In this document: positions 19,475 through 26,978 of the stretch, one piece after another
How the letters are laid out: each line of letters begins with the position of its first letter
Position numbering within the stretch: position 1 is the stretch's first letter
Assembly: GCA_022571515.1 (NCBI GenBank)
Contig: JACZXQ010000014.1
Location: forward strand, 27,913 to 91,912
Reading direction: 5' to 3'
Length of the DNA stretch: 64,000 nucleotides
DNA from: Gemmatimonadota bacterium
GTDB lineage: Bacteria; Gemmatimonadota; Gemmatimonadetes; Longimicrobiales; Gaopeijiaceae
Notes under the pieces: generated by a model
What the model saw: the letters and a program-made list of their open reading frames with translations, nothing else
Databases searched by the model: none
What the model was told of the DNA's origin: nothing
Program-made: the position numbers and the translations under genes

Positions 19475-19882
19475 CTAGGCCGGAAGCGCGCATTGGATCG
19501 ACCGCTCGCGACGTAGAAGCTCCGCCCCGGAGACCGTCAGCAGCACGTTCTTCCCCACCGTGACCCAGGGGGGCAGTGCCACCATGGTCCCAAGACAGCC
19601 ACAGCTTTCCCAGCCGGCAAGGGTTGCGCCCAGGCTCCCCACGAGGAACGCCGTCAGGAGTGCCAGCACGGCCCGATACACCGAGAGCCGGGGATACCCC
19701 ACCAGCGCCACCACCGCAGCGGACTCCACCATGACCAGACCGGCAGCGAGGAGCAGGCCGGCACGCAGGGAGACGGCGAGTCGCGCCGCGAAGAAGGCCC
19801 CGGCACCCTGGAGGTCCAACCCCTTGGCGAGGGCGCTGGCCATGAGAGCCGTGACGAGGACTGCCCGAAGGAAGGTGCTCAT
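19475..19882 (-). CDS. MauE/DoxX-family redox-associated membrane protein
   Basis: 135 aa with about 4 TM segments and LAKGLDLQGAGAFF plus the WESCGCLG motif typical of MauE-type proteins. Its ATG overlaps the upstream stop (ATGA). It is hidden in the distal part of track ORF 19475..20173. Confidence 0.7.
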   Translation of the reverse strand: MSTFLRAVLVTALMASALAKGLDLQGAGAFFAARLAVSLRAGLLLAAGLVMVESAAVVALVGYPRLSVYRAVLALLTAFLVGSLGATLAGWESCGCLGTMVALPPWVTVGKNVLLTVSGAELLRRERSIQCALPA

Positions 19883-20544
19883 ATGCCCAACCGCCGAAGA
19901 TAGAGAACGAGCCCCACCTGAAGGGCGTTGAACGTGAAGAAGAGCCCGCCCACGACGATGGCAGCCGCGCGTCGCCGGACGCCTTCCGTCCGCGCCAGCC
20001 CCGTGTAGAGGACGCCGAACCAGACCAGCTCGAACGCGGACAAGGATCCCGCCAGGGCGCTGGCGGATGCCTGGAGGCCAGGGAAGAATGTGTGAAGCGT
20101 GCCCAGCGGCCGATAGAACGCCTCTGCCGTGACGGCAGGCCCGTCGAGACCGGCCCGGTACCACAGTACCCACGCCAGTTGAGCAGCCAAGACCACCTGG
20201 GCCACGACAGCCACCCGGAACAGCCTGGCAAACGGCGCTTCATGGTTCTGGAGTGCCAAAGACAGTTGCAGGAGCAGCGCCACCAGCCCGACTTGGACCG
20301 CCAGTACGATGGGAGTGATGAGGTAGGACCAGCCGGCCATGCGCCGATAGAGGGCCCACTGGCGATCCATACCGACTCCGTCCATGGAGCCCTCCAGGAG
20401 CAGATCGTGGATCTGCCGTGCCATGACCACGTCCCTCGAAATCCAGTTCATCACCAGGTAGGCGAAGACGAGCCCAAGGAGAACCTGAAGCGTCGATACA
20501 TGGACCGGACCCAAGGATCGCGGCCAGGGGTAGCGTCGAGTCAT
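19879..20544 (-). CDS. polytopic membrane protein of unknown function (candidate immunity/accessory protein)
   Basis: 221 aa from Met47 of the track ORF (MTRRYPWPRSLGPVHVSTLQVLLGLVFAYLV...), with about 5 hydrophobic segments. It starts 11 nt after the exporter stop. No family recognised. Confidence 0.55.
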   Translation of the reverse strand: MTRRYPWPRSLGPVHVSTLQVLLGLVFAYLVMNWISRDVVMARQIHDLLLEGSMDGVGMDRQWALYRRMAGWSYLITPIVLAVQVGLVALLLQLSLALQNHEAPFARLFRVAVVAQVVLAAQLAWVLWYRAGLDGPAVTAEAFYRPLGTLHTFFPGLQASASALAGSLSAFELVWFGVLYTGLARTEGVRRRAAAIVVGGLFFTFNALQVGLVLYLRRLGI

Positions 20545-20555
20545 CTCGGCGCTGT

Positions 20556-22727
20556 TCACGGGTGCAGTCCAGGAGTGAGAGTTTCTGCAGCCACGCTGGC
20601 GAGTTCGAGGTGGGGCGGTTCGGAGCGTGGGGGTGCCCCGGGGCGGATCTGGCCACCGGAGAGCACAAAGATACGATCGCACTGCTCAAGGGTGTGGACG
20701 TCGTGCGACACCATCAGGATTGCATGATCCGCAGCATAGCGGCGTAACAGCTCACCCACCGCGAGCGCCGTCTCGGAATCGAGGGCATTGGTCCCCTCAT
20801 CGATCAGGAGCACCGCGGGCTCGTCCAGGAGAGCGCGCATCAGACCGACGAACTGACGCTCACCGGAGGACAGCCGGCGTCCCGCCTCTCCCACCAAGGT
20901 CCCGAGGCCGTGTGGAAATCGGTGCAGATGCCCCTCCAGGCCGACCTCCCGGAGGCGTTCGATCAACCGCGGCAGCTCCGCACCGCTCCGGCCCAGGAGA
21001 ATGTTGTCGGCGATGGTACCATGGAGAAGCTTCGCGTCCTCCGGAACCACGACCACGTTGCGGCGCCATGACTCCAGTTCCACGGCCTCGGCCGGCTGTC
21101 CGTCTAGTAGTAAGCTTCCAGCCGTCACGGAGTAGCTTCGGTCCAGGATCCGCACCAGTGTGCTCTTCCCCGATCCGTTTCGCCCCCAAAGGCCCACGAG
21201 CTCTCCCCGGTGAACATCAATGCTCGCTCCCTGGAGGATGGGCGGCGCTCCCGGCCAACCGAAGTGCACGTCGCGCAGGGTCACGGAGCGGCGGAGAACC
21301 AGTGGGCGACCCTCGTGGACGACCTCCGCCTCGGCGTGCAGGATATCGAAAAGCCTCTGCGCGGCCGCGGAGGCCTGACGCAACGCGATGTGCATCTCGG
21401 CCAGACGACCCACTGAGGGCAACATGGCTGCGAGGAGGGCATAGACGGCGAGCATCGCTCCTAGCGCGATCTGGTCGGCGAGGACGAGCACTGCACCGCT
21501 GAGCAGTACGCACACCACGACGGCGTTAGCGGCCAGCTCGGCCAGCACGCCGATGCGGGCCTGGGTCGTAGCGAAGTGGGCGAGGCGCCCCTGGAAAGTG
21601 CGATGGTACGCGGAGTTCAACCGCGCGAAGAGCGTGGCTGCGTTGAAGCTCCGCACCTCACGGGCGCCAAGGATGCCGTCCAGGGACGAGGCCTGGAGAG
21701 CGCCGTACGACTGAAGGACCTCCCGCTGCTGCGACCTCACGGACCGGGTCGTCCACGCCACCAGGCCGCCGTACACCGGCACCGCGGCGACGGCGATCCA
21801 GGCCAGAGGGGGCGCGAAGAGGAAGGCCGCGCCGATGGAAGCCGGCACCACCAGGAGGTCTACCACCGCACCGCCGGCGAGGAGGAAGACCGCGTTCTGC
21901 ACCACCACGGCGTCATCCACGCGAGCGGCGATGTCCCCTGCCTTGCGTCGGTCAAAGAAGGCCACAGGAAGGCGAAAGAGGTGGGCGAAAAAGTCGTCGA
22001 TCATCCCCACGCTCACCCGCTCGCGGAGGCCTATGAGGAACCTCTGGCGGAGGAGGTTCACGCCCGCCCGGATTCCCTGGATCCCGAGGAGCAGCAGACC
22101 CGTGAGAAGCAGAAGGTCGAGTTCTCGACGGGGAATGAATCGATCGACGGTGGCTTGGATAAAGAGAGCGGTCAGCAGGCCCAGGGCCGTGTAGGCGGCT
22201 CCCAGAAAGGCGGACTGCACGAGCCAGGTATGCTCCAGCCGCACGTACGCCCACAGCCACCCGGTCCATGGCTCGGGACGGCTCTTCGCGATCTCCTCGC
22301 CTGGCTCCAAGAGGAGAACAGTTCCGTCCCGCCACATCTCCTCGAACCGGCTCCGAGTGAGAGATCGGAAGCCCTGAGCGGGGTCCATGATCAGCACTCC
22401 GTCGGGTCGTGCCTCGTACACCACGACGAAGTGCGCCTGGCCGTCGTCCAGGACCACGTGGGCGATGCACGGGAGCGCGACCTCCTGGAGTGAGATGTAG
22501 TCTCCACGGGCACCGGAGGCCTGGAGCCCGACCGCCTGAGCGGCCTCCGCGATCCCAGCCAGGGAGCTACCGTCCGAGCCCGTGCCCGAGAGTTCCCGGA
22601 GCCTGGGAAGGGGCAGCTCCCCCCCGTGGTATCGGAGGACACTGAGAATCGCCGCCGGCCCACAGTCGGTTCTCTCGTTTTGAAGCACGATAAGCGTCTT
22701 CGGAAGTCTCATGGTCCAGGGTCTCAT
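20556..22727 (-). CDS. peptidase-C39-domain ABC exporter (bacteriocin/double-glycine peptide processing-export type)
   Basis: N-terminal LQNERTDCGPAAILSVLRYHGG...AHFVVVYE...MDPA (Cys/His/Asp of C39), a six-TM domain, Walker A GRNGSGKST, signature LSSGERQ and Walker B LLIDEGTNALD. The start is ambiguous (ATG 22727 or 22712; the track uses GTG 22772). Confidence 0.9.
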   Translation of the reverse strand: MRPWTMRLPKTLIVLQNERTDCGPAAILSVLRYHGGELPLPRLRELSGTGSDGSSLAGIAEAAQAVGLQASGARGDYISLQEVALPCIAHVVLDDGQAHFVVVYEARPDGVLIMDPAQGFRSLTRSRFEEMWRDGTVLLLEPGEEIAKSRPEPWTGWLWAYVRLEHTWLVQSAFLGAAYTALGLLTALFIQATVDRFIPRRELDLLLLTGLLLLGIQGIRAGVNLLRQRFLIGLRERVSVGMIDDFFAHLFRLPVAFFDRRKAGDIAARVDDAVVVQNAVFLLAGGAVVDLLVVPASIGAAFLFAPPLAWIAVAAVPVYGGLVAWTTRSVRSQQREVLQSYGALQASSLDGILGAREVRSFNAATLFARLNSAYHRTFQGRLAHFATTQARIGVLAELAANAVVVCVLLSGAVLVLADQIALGAMLAVYALLAAMLPSVGRLAEMHIALRQASAAAQRLFDILHAEAEVVHEGRPLVLRRSVTLRDVHFGWPGAPPILQGASIDVHRGELVGLWGRNGSGKSTLVRILDRSYSVTAGSLLLDGQPAEAVELESWRRNVVVVPEDAKLLHGTIADNILLGRSGAELPRLIERLREVGLEGHLHRFPHGLGTLVGEAGRRLSSGERQFVGLMRALLDEPAVLLIDEGTNALDSETALAVGELLRRYAADHAILMVSHDVHTLEQCDRIFVLSGGQIRPGAPPRSEPPHLELASVAAETLTPGLHP

Positions 22728-22742
22728 TTGGGTATGCGCGGT

Positions 22743-22767
22743 CCCGGGGGGCAAAGCACCCCCCGGG
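22743..22767 (-). terminator. GC hairpin between precursor gene B and the exporter gene (attenuator/stabiliser candidate)
   Basis: The arms cccgggggg (22743-22751) and ccccccggg (22759-22767) are perfectly complementary, with a 7-nt loop. There is no U-tract. Confidence 0.4.
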
Positions 22768-22779
22768 GGCACGTCGCGT

Positions 22780-22932
22780 TCAGCAGAGTAGAGCGCCGCC
22801 AGCCAAACCGATTAGGCAGGCCCCTAGCATAAGACTCGCGCAGGAGATGTTAGTGACGATATTCAGCATCATGCACAGTTTTGCGTTTCCGCCATGCACA
22901 TCCTGCATTTCTCGCAGTGTAAGGTCGGTCAT
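22780..22932 (-). CDS. double-glycine-leader precursor peptide B (50 aa)
   Basis: MTDLTLREMQDVHGG|NAKLCMMLNIVTNISCASLMLGACLIGLAGGALLC. GGAGAA SD 6-7 nt upstream of the ATG at 22930-22932. This is the last 50 codons of track ORF 22780..23160. Confidence 0.75.
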   Translation of the reverse strand: MTDLTLREMQDVHGGNAKLCMMLNIVTNISCASLMLGACLIGLAGGALLC

Positions 22933-22990
22933 GATATTTTCTCCATGTGCTTTAGTGCCGTCTTCGACGGACACCTCGTTGTTGGGGGGG

Positions 22991-23016
22991 GGAGGGAGAC
23001 GTGAGCCCCTCCCTCC
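22991..23016 (-). terminator. hairpin between precursor genes A and B (attenuator/stabiliser candidate)
   Basis: ggagggag (22991-22998) pairs with ctccctcc (23009-23016), giving an 8-bp stem and 10-nt loop. It starts 11 nt after the peptide A stop. On the mRNA it is followed by a C-run, not a U-run. Confidence 0.4.
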
Positions 23017-23026
23017 GGCTCGCGCA

Positions 23027-23179
23027 TCAGAAGGAGCAGAGCGCCACACCTCCCACCAGACCGAGCCCGCAGGCCCAAAGAAACCCGACCATGCAGGAGA
23101 TGGCTGTGATTGCTGCCAGGGTGGCGCAATTCGTGCCACCCTGGATCTGCAGCATCTCATGCGTTGTGAGCGTTGTCAT
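23027..23179 (-). CDS. double-glycine-leader precursor peptide A (50 aa)
   Basis: MTTLTTHEMLQIQGG|TNCATLAAITAISCMVGFLWACGLGLVGGVALCSF. GGAGGA SD 7 nt upstream of the ATG at 23177-23179. This is the last 50 codons of track ORF 23027..23506. Confidence 0.75.
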   Translation of the reverse strand: MTTLTTHEMLQIQGGTNCATLAAITAISCMVGFLWACGLGLVGGVALCSF

Positions 23180-23252
23180 GGTAATTCCTCCATCGGGAAT
23201 CGAGTTGCAGATTCGCTCCCGCCGAACGCGGGACGCGTGGGGCGCCGGGTGA

Positions 23253-23801
23253 TCAACCGGTGCTGCCCCTCGTTGAAGCCTCCGGAGCTCCAATCTTGTG
23301 TAGCCCAGCCAAGAGGGCGTCCAGCGTCTTCTGACCGAGCACTTTTCTAAGTAGGGTGCGCTGGCGTCCGAACACATAAAGCCCAGGTGTGCCCGGCAGG
23401 GGGAACGCCTCCTCGAGGGCGGCGTCGTCGGAGAGGACCCACTGGACTCGCGGAGACGAGGCGAGAGCCGGCCAATCCTCACGGAGCAGATCCACGACCT
23501 CCGCATCCTCGTCGGTGACCAGCGCGAGGGTCAGATCGAGTGTGGCGAACCGCTCCACGTCACCCTCGAGCATGCGCAGTTCTTCCACACATGCCGAACA
23601 GGTGGTGTGATAGACCATGACGACGAGTCGCGATGCCCCCCCTGTTCGGAACGTCGTGCCAACGCCCTCCAGGGTCCGGATCTCCAGGTCGGGCAGAACC
23701 GAGCCCAGTGGCATGGGGTCGGGCTTCGCCGCCTCCAAGAGGAGCCAGCCTGCAAGTAGCAACATCGTCACCGTCACTGTAGCTGCGAGAACTCTTCGCA
23801 T
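23253..23801 (-). CDS. membrane-anchored TlpA/ResA-like thioredoxin-fold oxidoreductase (MauD-like)
   Basis: N-terminal TM (VTVTMLLLAGWLLL), then LPDLEIRTLEG...LVVMVYHTTCSACVEEL with a CxxC in a redoxin context. Confidence 0.75.
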   Translation of the reverse strand: MRRVLAATVTVTMLLLAGWLLLEAAKPDPMPLGSVLPDLEIRTLEGVGTTFRTGGASRLVVMVYHTTCSACVEELRMLEGDVERFATLDLTLALVTDEDAEVVDLLREDWPALASSPRVQWVLSDDAALEEAFPLPGTPGLYVFGRQRTLLRKVLGQKTLDALLAGLHKIGAPEASTRGSTG

Positions 23802-23816
23802 CGGGCGATCCCCCTG

Positions 23817-24536
23817 TCAGTCCTCAACCAGTCGGCCGCGCTGACAGCGCAAGTGGGCCACGGCCGTGAGAACGGCGATGAGCACGAGAACCTGAGCCAC
23901 ACCCAGGAATACCACCTCGGGAGTCAGTTCGGTGGGGACGTATCCCTCGAAGGTTTCGCTCCACTCCGGGGGGATGAGCGCTCCCACCATGGCCGGGCCG
24001 AGCATGGCGGCTATCACGATCATCGCCAGGGTTTCCGAGGCTCGTCTCCCAGTGGGCACGTGGAGGGAGACCAGCACGCCGACCACCGTGACAAGGGCGG
24101 CGGCCAGTAGGCTTGCGGCGGCGGCCGCCAGGAGCACGCGCGCGTCGGCGCCTCCACCGCGAAGGACGCCCAGGACGACGCCGACGCCGGTGACGGCTAT
24201 GGCGATGCTCCAACCGTAGAGCACGTTGGCGATGATCTTGCCCAACAGGAGGCCTCGATCGGAGATGCGGCTGGCCAGCAAGGTCTCCAGGGTGTGGTGC
24301 TCCCTCTCTCCCGCGAAACTGTCACCTACCACCGGGAGGATGAACAACACGGCCAGAAGGGCGGAAACGATCGGCGTTATGCTGGACCTGCCAAAGTCTG
24401 GGCCCACGACCTGGGATACGACCAGGCCGAGAACCGCGAGGATTCCCAGCCGGGCGATGCCAAAGAACCTGCCGCCTTCTTGCCGGAAGAACTCGACCCA
24501 CTCTTTCCGGATCATTGCCGAGACGTCCTGGATCAT
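23817..24536 (-). CDS. ABC-2 type transporter permease
   Basis: 239 aa with six hydrophobic segments. Its start overlaps the ATPase stop (ATGA at 24533-24536). Confidence 0.7.
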   Translation of the reverse strand: MIQDVSAMIRKEWVEFFRQEGGRFFGIARLGILAVLGLVVSQVVGPDFGRSSITPIVSALLAVLFILPVVGDSFAGEREHHTLETLLASRISDRGLLLGKIIANVLYGWSIAIAVTGVGVVLGVLRGGGADARVLLAAAAASLLAAALVTVVGVLVSLHVPTGRRASETLAMIVIAAMLGPAMVGALIPPEWSETFEGYVPTELTPEVVFLGVAQVLVLIAVLTAVAHLRCQRGRLVED

Positions 24537-25468
24537 GTCTCATCCTCCAGAAGCGAGAGGAACACCTCTTCGAGCGACGCAGCGAAGCCCCGGACCTCGG
24601 AGATCTCCACGCCACGGCCGACCAGGAGCGCCACCAGCGGCGGAGCGTCAGCGCCTTCGGCCAGGTCGATCCTGAGGACGTCGCCGTCCAGGGCAACGTC
24701 CAGCACGTCGGGCCGGGCCCTGATATCGGCGACGATTTCGGGTGTCATGCCCGAACCGACCACTTCCACACCGGGCCTCGTAGCTCGCCGCCGCAGTTCC
24801 TCGGGGACGCCCATGGCCAGGAGGCGGCCCTCGCGGAAAATCCCCACCGAGTCGCAGATCTGCTCCGCCTCGCCGAGGTTATGCGTCGTCAGGAACACCG
24901 TGACATCTTCGGCCCGCACCAGGCGAAGAAGATCCTGGCGGAGTGCCGCCGCCGAGCGGGCATCCAACCCCGCCGTGGGCTCGTCCAGGAGAAGGAGGCT
25001 CGGCCGGTGCATCATGGCGCGGGCGATGGCCAGCTTCTGTTTCATGCCCTTGCTCCACGTGGAGACGCGGTCTCCACGGCGCTCCCAGAGCTCGAAGCCC
25101 TCGAGAAGCTCCTGCATCCGTGCCCTGGCCTCCACACAGCCCATCCGGTTGATACGCGCATAGAAGTCGAGGTTTTCGACAGCGGTCAGGCGCTCGTAAA
25201 GCCCGTGGTGCTCCAGGAGCGCCCCACACTCCGCCCTCACCGTCTCCCCCTCACGGCTGGGATCGCGCCCGAAGATCAGTGCGCGACCTCCCGTCGGCTC
25301 GAGCAGGCCGAGGAGGAGCCGGAGGGTCGTGGTCTTTCCGGCGCCATTGGGACCGAGGAATCCGAACACGGAGTTTCGGGGCACCACGAGGTCCAGGTGA
25401 TCCACTGCTCTGAGGGCCCCGAAGTCCCGAGTCAGACCCTCGGCGTGAACAGCTGGCCCGGCGCTCAT
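24533..25468 (-). CDS. ABC transporter ATP-binding protein (ABC-2/DrrA-like)
   Basis: Walker A GPNGAGKTT, signature WSKGMKQKL, Walker B LLLLDEPTAGLD and H-loop TTHNL. Confidence 0.9.
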   Translation of the reverse strand: MSAGPAVHAEGLTRDFGALRAVDHLDLVVPRNSVFGFLGPNGAGKTTTLRLLLGLLEPTGGRALIFGRDPSREGETVRAECGALLEHHGLYERLTAVENLDFYARINRMGCVEARARMQELLEGFELWERRGDRVSTWSKGMKQKLAIARAMMHRPSLLLLDEPTAGLDARSAAALRQDLLRLVRAEDVTVFLTTHNLGEAEQICDSVGIFREGRLLAMGVPEELRRRATRPGVEVVGSGMTPEIVADIRARPDVLDVALDGDVLRIDLAEGADAPPLVALLVGRGVEISEVRGFAASLEEVFLSLLEDET

Positions 25469-25581
25469 TTGCTTCCGCCGAGGAGTGCGTACGCCTGGCC
25501 TGGCCCAACCTCCAGATTCACATCGATCAGAGCGGAAATCGAGCCATAGCTCTTGTGAACGTGTCGTGTGCTAAGGTGCAT
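25465..25581 (-). pseudogene. 38-codon N-terminal remnant of a second ABC ATPase
   Basis: My own translation gives MHLSTRHVHKSYGSISALIDVNLEVGPGQAYALLGGSK*. It stops where Walker A should begin, and its TGA overlaps the ATG of the intact ATPase gene. Confidence 0.45.
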
Positions 25582-25991
25582 GGATCACCTCGGTTGTGTG
25601 TGTGACTCCACGGGCAAGAGGAGCGCCGACTCGCTCAAGGTACATCCGCTCAAACGACCAGCGCATAGCTGGATTGGACGACCTGCGGCCACCCAACAGT
25701 TTGAATTAAGGCCTGTTTTCTCTTACCCACTGCCAGCCTGGCGGTGGAGGGTCCGGCAGAGGCACGCCGGGGATCGACAGCCATTGGCGCTCAGAGATTC
25801 GGCAACAGCGCACCACGCCCCCATCATGGTCCGTCACCATACAGCTTGTCCGCCATTGTCTCCACCCCAGGCGAGGGAGATGGTCAGGATTGGGTCGACG
25901 GCCTCCGGCCGTCCGCCTATATTGCCCGCCGCCGCTCATACCGACCTCGCGAGCGGCTCGGGCAAGATGATCCTGGACCGTAGGAGGTGGA

Positions 25992-26978
25992 TTGAAGCGG
26001 ATTCTCGTGACGGGCGCCGGCGGACAGATCGGCGCATGGCTGGTCCCCGCCCTTCGGGAGAGGTACGGATCGGATGCCGTCCTGGCGACGGATATCCGTA
26101 CCGCGGATGACGACCAGCTGGGCGGAGGCCCCTTCCAGATCCTGGACTGCACGGACCAGAGCGCGCTGGGCCAGGCGACTATTCGCCACAACGCAGACGC
26201 GGTCTATCACCTGGCCGCCATACTCTCGGCGGTCGGGGAGAAGGATCCGCAGCTGGCCTACAACGTCAACATGGGTGGCCTGCACGCCGTCCTGGAAGTC
26301 GCCCGATCGCAGCGGTGCGCGGTGTTCACGCCCAGCTCGATAGGCGTATTCGGCGTCGAGACGCCGCGTGATCCCACACTCCAGGACACCATCACACGGC
26401 CGACCACCATGTACGGCATCACCAAGGTGGCCGGAGAACTGCTCTGCGACTACTACCACCGGCGCTACGACGTCGACACCCGCGGCGTGCGGTATCCCGG
26501 GTTGATCTCCTACGGCGCGCCACCGGGTGGGGGCACCACGGACTGGGCGGTGGACATCTTCCACGATGCGGTGCGCGAAGGCAGCTATACGTGTTTCCTC
26601 GGCGGGGACATCCAGCTCGACATGATGTACATGCCGGACGCCATCCGGGCTGCCATGGAGATCATGGAGGCGGACCCCGCCAAGTTGGTTCACCGCAACG
26701 CCTTCAACATCACCGCGATGCAACTCTCGCCGGAATCCCTCACGGCTGAGATCCGGAAACATCTCCCCGACTTCACGATCGACTACGACATCGATCCTGT
26801 GCGCGAGGCCATCGCCCGTACGTGGCCGCTGCGCCTCGACGACTCCGCCGCCCGCGAGGAATGGGGGTGGCAGCCCGATTACGATTTGGCTGCGATGACC
26901 GCCGACATGATCGAGCATCTCACGGCTGACGTCACCGATGGCCGCGGCCGCACGGAGAACCACGATGCCATTGAATAG
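25992..26978 (+). CDS. tdh: L-threonine 3-dehydrogenase, short-chain (UDP-galactose-4-epimerase-like) type
   Basis: MKRILVTGAGGQIG...YHLAAILSA...TMYGITKVAGELL. TTG start after AGGAGG. Followed by kbl. Confidence 0.8.
   Translation: MKRILVTGAGGQIGAWLVPALRERYGSDAVLATDIRTADDDQLGGGPFQILDCTDQSALGQATIRHNADAVYHLAAILSAVGEKDPQLAYNVNMGGLHAVLEVARSQRCAVFTPSSIGVFGVETPRDPTLQDTITRPTTMYGITKVAGELLCDYYHRRYDVDTRGVRYPGLISYGAPPGGGTTDWAVDIFHDAVREGSYTCFLGGDIQLDMMYMPDAIRAAMEIMEADPAKLVHRNAFNITAMQLSPESLTAEIRKHLPDFTIDYDIDPVREAIARTWPLRLDDSAAREEWGWQPDYDLAAMTADMIEHLTADVTDGRGRTENHDAIE

Noticed and set aside
19307-19516. A small + strand ORF whose tail (MDLAAIGAAVLWLYFFNNLLGRKRALDRPLAT) looks like a mini TM peptide just downstream of the peptide cluster.
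   Set aside because: No RBS, no leader-like motif and no Cys pattern. It overlaps the 3' end of the convergent MauE-like gene. It is probably fortuitous.
22728-22772. The GTG at 22772 as the exporter start, as in the track.
   Set aside because: It would place the strong hairpin at 22743-22767 inside the coding sequence and add a non-conserved PPGGALPPG extension before the C39 domain. ATG 22727 or 22712 is preferred, but the choice remains uncertain.
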